IMG/VR virus record: IMGVR_UViG_3300036852_000239
Location: 3,172-67,171 of that record
Direction: 5' to 3' (one strand)
DNA from: a virus
DNA: 64,000 nucleotides
Of this stretch, positions 54,652-64,000 are shown one piece after another. How positions within the stretch are numbered: the stretch's first letter is position 1; every line of letters starts with the position of its first letter. The position numbers were made by a program, and so were the translations under genes. The notes under the pieces are model-generated. The model saw only the letters and a program-made list of their open reading frames with translations, ran no database searches and was not told where the DNA came from.

Positions 54652-57126
54652 TTACTGGGTGCCCTTGTACATGGCGCGGTGATCCAAGATCGTCCCGCTG
54701 TATATATGGCGGATTTTATACAGGATGGAATCGTTGTTGAACATCGATCCGACGTTCGGGTCGTTCTGGGTGAACAGCTCGGGCTGCTCCTGGCCGCGAT
54801 AGAAGCCGATCTCGATGGTGGGGCACATGTCCGGGCTGGCGAACAGGTACCAGTCGTCGGCGTCGGACAGGTACGACAGCACCAGCAGTTCCAGGTTCTG
54901 GTGCAGGTTCGGGATAGTCGCGTTGCTGTTGGAAATCACCTTCACCGCGGAGTTGACCAGCTCCCAGCCGGTCTGCTCCAGCTCCGGCGGAACCACCAGT
55001 AGGCGCGGGGTGAGATCGAGGATGTCGACGCTGTCGCCGTAGGCCGATTGCTCGCGCATCTTGCGCCGCGCGACGGCAAGGTTGGAGTCATTGAGCGCCG
55101 CAGCGTCGGTGTTGGCGTGGTTGGTGTGGAACACCGCCGTGCTGTCGTAGGTGCAGGTGGCGTTGGTGCGGACCATGTCCCAGACGAAGCGGTGCAGCGT
55201 GATGGCTGCCGCGCGGCCGAGCTTGGCGGGGATCTTCTGGATCGTCCGGACGTCGTCGTTGGCGATCGCCTCGAGCGTCAGATCCTCAGTACCGCCGCGC
55301 TTGCTCAGGGCGTAGGTCGCCTCTTCGTCTGCCGGGGTGGTAAGCGGCTGGTAGGGCGCCCCCTGGTTCACCGTCGGCAGGGTGCCGTAGCCGCCCATCC
55401 GGCCGATCCGCTGAGTGCGGAAGTCGTTGACCGGCGGGGTTGAGGAGACGATCAGGCGCCAGTTGTCCAGGCCCGGCTTGGAGTATTCGGCCACCACGCG
55501 CCGCGTGATCGAGTCGCCGAGCAGCTGGTCGAATGTCGAGGTCGTCACCGACTCCGTCGAGCGGACCGCCGAGTCGAACCCGCCTGAGCGGCCGATGCAC
55601 TCGCGCAGGATCACGCGGTTGAAATCCTCGTCCAGGGTGCGCGGGCCGCGGATGCCGGTGACGTCGATGAACATCTCCCGGAAGGAGCGGTAGCCGGTGT
55701 TGTCGCCGGCGAAGAAGCCGTCCATGGCGGCCTTCTTCTTGTCCAGGCTCTCCTGGGTCACCTGTGCGGTGAACGACGGCCGCAGGTCGGCCCGCTCAGC
55801 GAGGCCGAGGGCGGCCTTCAGGGTGGCGATCTTCGCGTCCACGTCGGACTCGGTGATGCGTTCGGCCAATTCCTCGGCGATGGATTCGGCGACCCGGGCA
55901 GGAAGCCCGGCGTCCTCCACCTTGCCCTTCACCATGAGCCTCGCGACATACGAGGTCTTGTCCATCTTGCCGTCGTTGACCGCCTCGACCGTGCGGGTCT
56001 CCTCGGTGGTGGTTGTGGTGGTGGACTCGCTCGCCCTGGTCAGACCGGCCGCGAGCTTCGCACGCTGCTCGTCGGTCGCGGTCTCGAATGCGGCGAGCAT
56101 TGCTTCCAGGGTGACGGTCACGCCATCCTCCTCATTGCTCTCTTCGGTGATCCCGCCCGCGAGCACGCGGGTGGCTTTTCCTCCTGCTGCCGGGTCGGCG
56201 ACCACATCGCAGGAGTTGACTTTGGTGATGCGCACGGCCTCCTGGGTGCGGCGCCCGCCGGAAACGACGGGGCGCAACTCGGTCAGCGCATCGTGGGAGA
56301 TGCCGACGATCGGCGGCAGGCCTTGCGCTTGCGCCTCGATCGACGCGTCGAGCGCCTCGGCTGTGTGTCTGGCGCTCGGGAGCAGGTGCAGGTCGCCTTC
56401 CAGCCCGCGGCCGTTGGAGCGCACGTTGCGGTAGTGTCCGACCAGGCCGGTGATGGTGGAGGACTGGAGTTCCTGCGCGGTGCGGTGATGGTCGAAGGCT
56501 TTCGCGCCCTCGTACAGGCCGACAGCGGACTCCAGGACGTGCGCCGGGTAGTTGCGGCCGTTGCGGCTTTGGCCGGCGGCGATGATTTCGACCCGGAAGA
56601 CACGGCCGCCATCCGGCGCGGATGAGAGCGCTTCGATCAGTCGGCCTTCGATGCGCTCCGTGGCTTCGGTGGTCCGCTCTGCCTCGACCGCCACTGACTC
56701 CTGGGTCTCCACGCCGTAGCGCTCAAGCGCTTTGCGGATACGCCCCTTGACCTTCTTCAGGTCCTCAGCCGAGTACTTCGCCGCGTTCTTCGGCATCGAT
56801 ATGTACGACCAAGCCGCGCGCGCGTGCTCCTCTGAGTCACAGGGATAGCGCTTCTTGCCGTCTGCTTGAAGGCCTTCGTCGGCGTAGTAAACGTCGCCGT
56901 ACGGCATCGTGCTGGAGTCGGCCTCCTGCAGGTGCGCCTCGACGATCGCCTCCACTGCCCGTCCAAACTCAGGTGCGTCCGGGTCCGAGCCCACCAGCGG
57001 CGACAGGCGGAACACGAACGTCATCGAGTCGAGCAGGTCGGCATGGCCGGATTCGGTCACCGCTTCGGTGACAGCGGCGTGCCAGTCGAGGACGTAGTCC
57101 TCGTCCAGGTCTTCTTGGGTGAGCAC
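54652..57126 (-). CDS. Capsid maturation protease-scaffold-major capsid fusion (Mu gpT-like capsid)
   Basis: SRNGRNY, DH, VGISH, DVVADPAAGG (protease); EAIANDD, P..LVVPPEL, DDWYL, YKIRH (capsid); GTG start with GGAGG RBS. Confidence 0.88.
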   Translation of the reverse strand: MLTQEDLDEDYVLDWHAAVTEAVTESGHADLLDSMTFVFRLSPLVGSDPDAPEFGRAVEAIVEAHLQEADSSTMPYGDVYYADEGLQADGKKRYPCDSEEHARAAWSYISMPKNAAKYSAEDLKKVKGRIRKALERYGVETQESVAVEAERTTEATERIEGRLIEALSSAPDGGRVFRVEIIAAGQSRNGRNYPAHVLESAVGLYEGAKAFDHHRTAQELQSSTITGLVGHYRNVRSNGRGLEGDLHLLPSARHTAEALDASIEAQAQGLPPIVGISHDALTELRPVVSGGRRTQEAVRITKVNSCDVVADPAAGGKATRVLAGGITEESNEEDGVTVTLEAMLAAFETATDEQRAKLAAGLTRASESTTTTTTEETRTVEAVNDGKMDKTSYVARLMVKGKVEDAGLPARVAESIAEELAERITESDVDAKIATLKAALGLAERADLRPSFTAQVTQESLDKKKAAMDGFFAGDNTGYRSFREMFIDVTGIRGPRTLDEDFNRVILRECIGRSGGFDSAVRSTESVTTSTFDQLLGDSITRRVVAEYSKPGLDNWRLIVSSTPPVNDFRTQRIGRMGGYGTLPTVNQGAPYQPLTTPADEEATYALSKRGGTEDLTLEAIANDDVRTIQKIPAKLGRAAAITLHRFVWDMVRTNATCTYDSTAVFHTNHANTDAAALNDSNLAVARRKMREQSAYGDSVDILDLTPRLLVVPPELEQTGWELVNSAVKVISNSNATIPNLHQNLELLVLSYLSDADDWYLFASPDMCPTIEIGFYRGQEQPELFTQNDPNVGSMFNNDSILYKIRHIYSGTILDHRAMYKGTQ

Positions 57127-57154
57127 CGCTCCTCCAAAGCTGTTGCGGGGCATG

Positions 57155-57181
57155 AAAAAAGCCCGCGAGACAGCGGGCTTG
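57155..57181 (-). terminator. Intrinsic terminator upstream of the capsid gene
   Basis: AAGCCCGC-TGTCTC-GCGGGCTTTTTT. Confidence 0.75.
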
Positions 57182-57201
57182 AAGTAGTTGGGCTTGAGGG
57201 A

Positions 57202-59958
57202 TCAGAGTTGCCGGATGGCTGCGGAGTTGATGCGGTTGCCGACCGTGAACTCGACGATGGACGCGAGCAAGTCGTTCTTACTTAAGGAGCCGACACCTCG
57301 CATGCCCAGATCGGCCGCTACCGCCTTGAGCTCAGCGACCTTGAGGCCCACGAGAGCAGACCTTGCCTCGTCGCGGGTGGTCGCGGTCGCGAGCCGGCCA
57401 CCGATCGAGCTAGTGCCGGCACCGCCGCTCGCGGCGGGTGACGTGGCGGGCGTGTCCTTGCCCCACATCATCTGGCCCTTGGCTGAGCGTTCCATCCAGT
57501 CCGAACCCGACTGGGGCGCTTCGGCTGGAGCCGCCGGCGCGGCTGCAGGGGTCTGCTTCGAGGTGCCGGCACGGCTGATGCGGCGGCGTGGGGCTTTCGG
57601 TTCGGTGTCGCTCCACATCATGTCGCCGGCGGCGGCGCGCTGCATCCAGTCCGTGGTTGGCTGGTTCGACTTCGACGCGTGGCTGGCCTGCTGGGCGTCG
57701 TACGCCTTGCGCATCCAGTCGGGTGCGTCGGCTGGCGGCGGCGGTAGTTCGTTGCGGTTGGGCCCGAGCGGGCTGCCTAGGTCGACTCGCATCATGGCGT
57801 CGCGGTCGAGTCTGGAGCCGACCAGGTTCTCCACCAACGTTCGGTGTTTCTGCTCCCGTGTGCCCCTGACGAAATCGCCGAGGCCGAACTCCCGGGCGAC
57901 CTCGTCAAGTTCCTTGTGGGACAGCGCCTTGAGCGTCTCGTCGACTGCGTCACGGTCGCCGGAGACAGGGGCTGCCTTCTTGTCCCTTAACACGGAAAGC
58001 ACCGAGCCCATATCGGACTTGGCAGGTTTGGCCTTCTTCGCCTGTGCCTTCTCCCGATCCGCCTGCTCTCTGGCTTTGTGACCTGCGGCGAACTGGGCGA
58101 AGTAGGAGTTTGCCTCGACCTCGGGTCCTTGCTCCTGCCGCTGGCGCAGCTTGGCGAACACGTCTTCCGTGCCGGAGATCGCGTCGGCCTGTTCGCGGTT
58201 GAGCTGCGGTCGGTCGCTTCCGATTACTGGCGGCGCGAACGGTTCGGCGGGCGCGCGCCCGCGCCGGGGACGCTCGGCGACGCTCTGTTCCCGCTGCATT
58301 CGCCGCTTCTCCCACAGGTCCGACATGCCGGCGATCGCATCACCGCGGTCACTGTCGTCGGAGGCTCGGCCGCTGGGCGCGTTTTCGTGGTCCCACAGCA
58401 TGTCTTTGATGACGTCTTCATGGGCGCCGCGGGGGACGTCGATACCTCGGCTTCTGGCTTCCCGCCGCAGAGCTTCGCGTCCGAATCCGTCCAGGGCGTT
58501 GGTGTCACCGGATGCCATGGCCTTGGCGACAGCGGAACGGCGGGGCTTGGTCGTGTCGACCGGCGCGTTGGCCGACGACTCGCCACCATCGTCGCCCAAC
58601 CAGGTGACGTTCTTGTCCGTGAAGGGCACGCGCTCAACGCGGTCGGATTTGTCCCACTTCACACGTGCCGCAATGGTGTTGCGGGAGACAATCGTGCCGC
58701 GAGAGATCCCGCCATCGGACCCACGCCACTCGACCCTGGTCGCGTCGCGCGGGCGAACGCCGCGCGCAACCTTTTCGGCCGCCTCGCCGATATCGTCGCC
58801 GATCTTCCTGGCGAACTTCCCGCCCTTGCCCCGGTTTACCGAGATCCGTTGTCCCTTGCGCAGGAAGGAGTCTTCAGCCTCCAGCATCCGGGCGTACATC
58901 ATCAACTGCACGGCGGGCGAGGACAGCGCTTCCAGCGAGCGGGTTCCGTTGTGCACTCGGGTGACCCCCTCGGGTGAGCGGTCGGCCTTCTCCATTTTGG
59001 CGAGGAGCCGGACGAACTCGTCCGCTTCGGCCATGGCGAAGGACGCGGTCATCTCAGCACCGCGCATGTCGTCGAAGTCCATGTCGGACCCGTGCGGAAC
59101 GGCACCGAGTTTGACCTCTACGCCTACGTCCGGATCGTCCAGATAGATGTCGTAGTGAACGTCGGCCCACTGGCCGGGGATCGAGCCTTCGGCAAGCGTC
59201 CAGTAGCCCGTTTCGGGTCGCTCGGGTCCGGAAAGCGGGTCCAACTCGGACTCAGCCCGTGAGATCTCGGCGGTCAGCCGGTCCCACTCGGCGTCCTCTT
59301 CGACGGTGAACTTGCGTCCCAGGGCCTTGCGCTTGAGTTTGTCCCGCTGGAGCGTCAGCCGGTCGAGTTCCTGATACGGCTTGTCCAGCTCGGCTTGTAG
59401 CTTCTCACCGTCATCCAGTGCCTTGGCCAGCGTCTCGCGCAATCGCCGCGCGCTGTTCTCGTCGAGAACGGCCGTGTAGCCGCCCGGCAACTCCGCCACA
59501 TCTGAACCGGCATCCTCGTATTCTTCGAGCTGCGCTCGCAGTTCCGCGAGAAGGACGGGATCGGCGTCCGGGTCTGCCTCGAGATCGTCGATTTGGTCCT
59601 CGAGGTCTTCCGCCAGCGCGCGCCGCTCAGCGCGTTCCTCGTCGAGTTCGGCAGTCCGGTCAGGTCCTGCGCTCCATGGCCCACCGTGGTCGTGGCGGGT
59701 GCCGAAGACGGCGTTGCCCAGGCCGATTCGCAGGCTTCGGTTGCCGTCCTTCTCGGTGACCGCCAGCCATGCCCGGCCGCCCTCGCCCGATATCCGGTCG
59801 GAGCGCAGGAGCCGTTCGCCGGGCTGAAGGTCGATGCGGCCTGCGCCCTTCAGCTTGTCGCCCAGGATTGGGACTCCGGGTACGTCTGCGAACTGTCCTT
59901 CGGCGTCGCGGATGTATTCGCGCTCCAGGGAGCGCTCGGGCGCGACGGCGAGGGTCAT
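57202..59958 (-). CDS. Large multidomain head-region protein with three HeH/Rho-N-like motifs
   Basis: 918 aa between portal and capsid; RDAEGQF and RGKGGKF motifs; LKVAELKAVAADLGMRGVGSLSKNDLL. Confidence 0.7.
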   Translation of the reverse strand: MTLAVAPERSLEREYIRDAEGQFADVPGVPILGDKLKGAGRIDLQPGERLLRSDRISGEGGRAWLAVTEKDGNRSLRIGLGNAVFGTRHDHGGPWSAGPDRTAELDEERAERRALAEDLEDQIDDLEADPDADPVLLAELRAQLEEYEDAGSDVAELPGGYTAVLDENSARRLRETLAKALDDGEKLQAELDKPYQELDRLTLQRDKLKRKALGRKFTVEEDAEWDRLTAEISRAESELDPLSGPERPETGYWTLAEGSIPGQWADVHYDIYLDDPDVGVEVKLGAVPHGSDMDFDDMRGAEMTASFAMAEADEFVRLLAKMEKADRSPEGVTRVHNGTRSLEALSSPAVQLMMYARMLEAEDSFLRKGQRISVNRGKGGKFARKIGDDIGEAAEKVARGVRPRDATRVEWRGSDGGISRGTIVSRNTIAARVKWDKSDRVERVPFTDKNVTWLGDDGGESSANAPVDTTKPRRSAVAKAMASGDTNALDGFGREALRREARSRGIDVPRGAHEDVIKDMLWDHENAPSGRASDDSDRGDAIAGMSDLWEKRRMQREQSVAERPRRGRAPAEPFAPPVIGSDRPQLNREQADAISGTEDVFAKLRQRQEQGPEVEANSYFAQFAAGHKAREQADREKAQAKKAKPAKSDMGSVLSVLRDKKAAPVSGDRDAVDETLKALSHKELDEVAREFGLGDFVRGTREQKHRTLVENLVGSRLDRDAMMRVDLGSPLGPNRNELPPPPADAPDWMRKAYDAQQASHASKSNQPTTDWMQRAAAGDMMWSDTEPKAPRRRISRAGTSKQTPAAAPAAPAEAPQSGSDWMERSAKGQMMWGKDTPATSPAASGGAGTSSIGGRLATATTRDEARSALVGLKVAELKAVAADLGMRGVGSLSKNDLLASIVEFTVGNRINSAAIRQL

Positions 59959-60230
59959 CAGGCAGCCTTACTCGCCTTGGTCACGGCCTTCTTCGCTACC
60001 GACTTGGGTGCCTCGTCCTTCTCTGCGCCGTCGTCAGGCTCCTCGACCGCCCTGGCAGGCTTCGCGGGTGCGTCGTCGACCACGGGCACGTATGCGCGGG
60101 CGACGGTACCCGAGATGAGCATCCGCGTGCCGTCGCGCAGGGTCACCACGCAGTCTGATTCGCGGTCTTCTACGGTGCGGACTGCGGTTTCGTGCACTCC
60201 GAGCCGGTGTGCTGCTTCTACTGGGGTCAC
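59958..60230 (-). CDS. Small hypothetical protein
   Basis: GAGGAG RBS; TGATG coupling. Confidence 0.6.
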   Translation of the reverse strand: MTPVEAAHRLGVHETAVRTVEDRESDCVVTLRDGTRMLISGTVARAYVPVVDDAPAKPARAVEEPDDGAEKDEAPKSVAKKAVTKASKAA

Positions 60231-60232
60231 GT

Positions 60233-61687
60233 CTATCTCCTCACCAGACGCAGGTGGGCCTCTTGCGCCTTGTCCACTTCGGTGGCGATGTCGTCAGGGT
60301 TGGCGTCGGGCTTGGCCAACTCGGTCGAGAACGGTATGCCCACATAGTCTTCCCAGGCCTTGCGGGCGGCCATCGCGGCGGCTTCCTTCGACAGGGCGCC
60401 GATGGTGACCAGCTTCTCCAAGCCGGTACTCAGATTCAGCATCACCTGCGCGGTGATCTGCGAGTCGGCGGCGGCGATTTCCGGGCCGGTGACGATGACG
60501 GCTTCGGATGCCCGGATTTGGGTAGCCTCACCGGTTTTCGGGTCGTGGGCCTCGACCATCTCCGGGAGCCGCTTGGCCGCAACGGCCCGGTCGACCGCGA
60601 AGCGTACCAACTCGTTCTGTTGTCCGAGCCAGATGTTCTGCACACTGCCGACTCGACGGCGCACGGGTTCGGCCATCGACATCGACGTGGCCCGGTTGGC
60701 ACCCTCCGGCTCGGACAGCCAGATCTTGCTCAGGCCGGCACCGGAGGCGATGTTGGTCAGCACGCTCTGGTTGGCGACGGTGTCTTCCATCGCCCCGGTC
60801 TGGGCGGAGATGGACTTCCACTCGACCGACTCGTTGTGGACCTCGATCGTCCCCGATGGTGGGACGTGGATGCCACCTCGAGCGGCCACGTAGGCGTCCA
60901 CATCGGACTGGTCGCCTTCGACCTTCACCGAATAGGCGAGATGGCGCATGAGCGCCGTGCGGTCGATCAGGTTACTCAGGACGGTGTCGTAGTTGTCCAG
61001 CCAGTCCAAAATGGGCATCAGGAACGGCATGCCGCGTACGTCGGTGTCCAAGGTGCGCCACGGCGCCCAGAAGGCGGCCTGGCCCTCGCGGAGCATGGTG
61101 TCGTCGTTGACCTGGACCACGCTCCAGGTGCGGTCTTCGCCCTCGCTATCCAAACCAGGAAGGATGACCTTGTCCGGCCACAGCGGGTTCCCGTGGCGCA
61201 GCACGACATCCTTGATGATCGACGGCTCGACCGGCGCAAACCGGATCACACCCGAACTGGAGCCCTCGAGCATCTCGTAGAGTTTCTCGCCGATGAGCAA
61301 CTGGCTTCGCAGCGCCATCTCCTGAATCTGCCCCAACCGGTTCGCCGGGTCGGTCCAGAATTCGCGCACCACCTCGGCAACCTCGGGATTGGTGGCCTGC
61401 CACGTCACACCTGAGTCGCCGACAGCGAATGCGACGATCGTGTCGATGACCGCGGTCGCCATCGGGTTGGATCTGTACGCCGCAACCGAGTAGTCGCGTG
61501 CCTTCTCGCGAGTCCAATGCGGCACCTCGCGGTGTCCCTTGGATGCCAGTCGGTAGCCGAAGTCCCCGTCGATCGGGTCCCGGGCATAGGTGCCCAGGGT
61601 CGCTCCGGTCGAGATGACCTGATCGGCCAGCGCCTCCTGTGCGCGTGACTCGGTGACCCTGCGGGCGGGCCGCAGCCACGACCTCAT
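60233..61687 (-). CDS. Portal protein
   Basis: YRSNP, RG.P.L, ANRATS; follows the terminase. Confidence 0.85.
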   Translation of the reverse strand: MRSWLRPARRVTESRAQEALADQVISTGATLGTYARDPIDGDFGYRLASKGHREVPHWTREKARDYSVAAYRSNPMATAVIDTIVAFAVGDSGVTWQATNPEVAEVVREFWTDPANRLGQIQEMALRSQLLIGEKLYEMLEGSSSGVIRFAPVEPSIIKDVVLRHGNPLWPDKVILPGLDSEGEDRTWSVVQVNDDTMLREGQAAFWAPWRTLDTDVRGMPFLMPILDWLDNYDTVLSNLIDRTALMRHLAYSVKVEGDQSDVDAYVAARGGIHVPPSGTIEVHNESVEWKSISAQTGAMEDTVANQSVLTNIASGAGLSKIWLSEPEGANRATSMSMAEPVRRRVGSVQNIWLGQQNELVRFAVDRAVAAKRLPEMVEAHDPKTGEATQIRASEAVIVTGPEIAAADSQITAQVMLNLSTGLEKLVTIGALSKEAAAMAARKAWEDYVGIPFSTELAKPDANPDDIATEVDKAQEAHLRLVRR

Positions 61688-61971
61688 GCCGACTTACTCA
61701 CCGCTGGCTTGACGGTCCGAAGGTTGCGGGTGGGCTCTTTCGCCCATTCGGCGGACTTCTCCGCCTCAGCCTCGGCGTGGGTGGAGGCGATCCAGGACAG
61801 GGTGATGGCCTCGAGTGCGCCGATGATCCCGGACACCCACCAGGCGCCGGGCATCCCGAAGTTGGCGAGGACACCGCCGACGCACACGGCGAAGGCGATG
61901 AGCCCGGCCGCGCCGAGCAGGTTGGCGAACAGGCCCGCGGGTACGCGGGGCACCCGGATACGAAGCTCCAT
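61684..61971 (-). CDS. Two-TM membrane protein between terminase and portal
   Basis: Two hydrophobic helices. Confidence 0.65.
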   Translation of the reverse strand: MELRIRVPRVPAGLFANLLGAAGLIAFAVCVGGVLANFGMPGAWWVSGIIGALEAITLSWIASTHAEAEAEKSAEWAKEPTRNLRTVKPAVSKSA

Positions 61972-61985
61972 GCGGGCCTCCTAGA

Positions 61986-63593
61986 TCAGATCTTGAGTCG
62001 GCCCTGCGGCCGGAACAGGTTCGCGGTGTTGAGCGCCGACTGGCTCGGGGCGCCGACTGGTGCGCGTTTGCGCTGGTGGGCGAACATCCACGACCGCTGC
62101 TCGTAGGTGTACTTGGCGACTGTCAGCGACCCGATCGGGGAGATCTCCGCCTCGGAGGTGGCGCGTGCCCACGAGGTGGCGTCGGCGCTCGCGGTGCGGA
62201 TTTTCGCCCCAGCGGCCGCCTCGGTCAGCTGCACCGCAGGCACTACGCGGAAAGCCCTCTGCTTGACCGCGTCGCGGATCTGCCCGCACGCGGCCGCCAA
62301 CTCTGTTCCGCCGGCGATGAGCAGGTCGCCACGCCGCGGCTTCTCGTCCTTGCGGCGACGCTTCAGCTCGTCCTCGGGCAGATCGTCCGGGCGGAAGAAC
62401 TTCGCGTCGGTCAATTCGAGCTTGAGCGACTCGAAGGTTCCGGGCCCCATTCCGACGGCGATGGGGTCGAGCTCTTTGCGGATCTCGACCAGGCGCGGGA
62501 CGATCCACTCGACACCTTCGCGGTAGTCGATCAGTTGGCCGTGTCCTAGCTGGTCGGACCGTTTGCCAAAGATCGTGATCGCTGCCCAGTCGCGCATCAC
62601 CGAAATGTCCACCGCGACCGCGAGATCACCCTCACGCCTGGACGCCGCGTCTTGGATGTCCGCCCACGCCCTCATGTCGATGACGCCGGCGGATTCCTTG
62701 TGCGGCAACCACACGCACAGCCGCTCGTGCGGGTACTTACTTCCCAGTCCCGACGGCTTCTGCTCGTCGATCACTGTTTCGATCTCGATGCGGATCCCGA
62801 GCGCCGGGTTGCTCGCGTACGCAAGCTCGAGGTCGTTGACGCGCGCCCGGTCATCGGGCTTGGTCAGGTCCAGGTCGGCGCCCCAGTCGAAATGCGCCAG
62901 ACGCGGCTCCGCGTTCTCCCCGTCGGACTTGAGCCCGTAGGCCCACGCATCATCGACTCTGGGCGGCGTGCCCAGGAACCACACCTGCCACTTCGGCATC
63001 GCCGAGACTGTGGGAAGGATCGCCGCCATCTGCTCGGCGGTCAGCTCCTGCGCCTCGTCAAGGATCAGCCGAGGCGAGGAGAAGCCACGCACCGCAGTGT
63101 CGGAGCGGGTGTGGTACTCCAGCTGGCGGCCGTCGCGCAGGATGATCATTCGTTCGCCGTTGGACTGCCGGAAGCGGTACACCTGCTCATGCCAGGCCGG
63201 CACGCGGCGGATGAGCTTTTCCATCCGCTTGTACGCTTTCAAGCTGGTCTTATGCTCATGCGCCGAATGCGTGATCTCGTCGACCTTCATGTCGTCAAGG
63301 AACAGCCACGCCAACTCAAGGGCTTCGATGACGCCGCCCTTGCCGTTCTGACGTGGGACCCAGATCGAGTTCTTCTTCGCCGTCCAGTCTCCGGCCGCCG
63401 GGTTGCCTTCCTCGTCGAGCACGAGATGCTGGCCCAGTCCGTGAGTGAGGATGTACTCCTGCCACGGATCCAAGAAGAGCTTGGCCTTCTTGGCGTTCTC
63501 GATTACCTCGGGTGCCGCGGTGAAGTCATGTGGCGGAAAGTTTGCGACCCGCGGCGTCTGCGAGCCGCGCCTTACGTCGAGCAGCGAGCTCAT
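61986..63593 (-). CDS. terL: Terminase large subunit
   Basis: LDPWQ, PRQNGKG (Walker A), LILDEAQ (Walker B), GTPP, SNPALG, AVDIS. Confidence 0.93.
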   Translation of the reverse strand: MSSLLDVRRGSQTPRVANFPPHDFTAAPEVIENAKKAKLFLDPWQEYILTHGLGQHLVLDEEGNPAAGDWTAKKNSIWVPRQNGKGGVIEALELAWLFLDDMKVDEITHSAHEHKTSLKAYKRMEKLIRRVPAWHEQVYRFRQSNGERMIILRDGRQLEYHTRSDTAVRGFSSPRLILDEAQELTAEQMAAILPTVSAMPKWQVWFLGTPPRVDDAWAYGLKSDGENAEPRLAHFDWGADLDLTKPDDRARVNDLELAYASNPALGIRIEIETVIDEQKPSGLGSKYPHERLCVWLPHKESAGVIDMRAWADIQDAASRREGDLAVAVDISVMRDWAAITIFGKRSDQLGHGQLIDYREGVEWIVPRLVEIRKELDPIAVGMGPGTFESLKLELTDAKFFRPDDLPEDELKRRRKDEKPRRGDLLIAGGTELAAACGQIRDAVKQRAFRVVPAVQLTEAAAGAKIRTASADATSWARATSEAEISPIGSLTVAKYTYEQRSWMFAHQRKRAPVGAPSQSALNTANLFRPQGRLKI

Positions 63594-63945
63594 CGTCGTC
63601 GCCGCCCTTCGCCTTGGTTTTCGCGCCGGATTCCGACGCGACGAGGACACCCATCTGGCGAAGCTCGGTAAAGATCTGCTTCAATGCGAGCGCCTGCTGT
63701 CGGGCTTCCGCGAGCGGGGCGTTGATGACCAACTCCGCTAACTCTGGGTTACCGCGCGCCTCGACGATATCGATCCATGACTCTGCGTCACCCGACAGGA
63801 GGCGATCAAGCTTGTCGAGACGATCGACGATCCTGCATGCCTCTTCGATCAGCGCGCATGCGGCGGAGTCAGTGTCGGCACGTTTTAGCAGGTCAGACCG
63901 TAGACGCGATCCGCGTGTGTCCGATGTGGAGGGAGCTTTCGCCAT
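63526..63945 (-). CDS. terS: Terminase small subunit
   Basis: EACRIVDRLDKL, P.LAEARQQ, DELAARR; overlaps the terL start. Confidence 0.8.
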   Translation of the reverse strand: MAKAPSTSDTRGSRLRSDLLKRADTDSAACALIEEACRIVDRLDKLDRLLSGDAESWIDIVEARGNPELAELVINAPLAEARQQALALKQIFTELRQMGVLVASESGAKTKAKGGDDDELAARRKARLADAAGRKLSAT

Positions 63946-64000
63946 GATCGTTACCCCCTGTGACCGCCCAAGATCCAGCCCGGGGAGAGACGACCGCCGT

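Noticed and set aside
63961-64000. cos site or genome end upstream of terS
   Set aside because: The position is plausible, but the window ends here and a terminus cannot be shown without reads

Overview
Most of a temperate, GC-rich actinobacteriophage (siphovirus) genome, with nearly all genes on the minus strand. The host is probably a filamentous actinomycete, inferred from BldC, WhiB and NsdA-like regulators. From right to left: terminase, portal, a large head-region protein and a protease-major capsid fusion (64.0-54.6 kb); head-tail and tail genes with tape measure (54.6-42.2 kb); lysis cassette (42.2-39.4 kb); an accessory block with a Ro60/TROVE gene preceded by three tandem Y-RNA-like ncRNAs, a HicAB-like pair, and NsdA-like and GntR regulators (39.1-30.7 kb); an intact attP (tRNA-Ser 3' end), tyrosine integrase and repressor/Cro switch with three operators (30.7-28.2 kb); and a long early operon (28-0 kb). 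The early operon carries two ParB-like genes, WhiB, a phosphatase, a PAPS-reductase-like protein, HNH, BldC, a RusA-like protein, a cytosine MTase with a nested alternative-frame subunit, a DnaA-box cluster, an initiator with iterons, a primase-helicase, a Dam-type MTase, MazG/NUDIX hydrolases, a tnpB remnant and stray tail-tube-like genes. The most notable item is the phage-borne Ro60 with a three-Y-RNA array. All annotations come from reading motifs by eye; no database searches were run.
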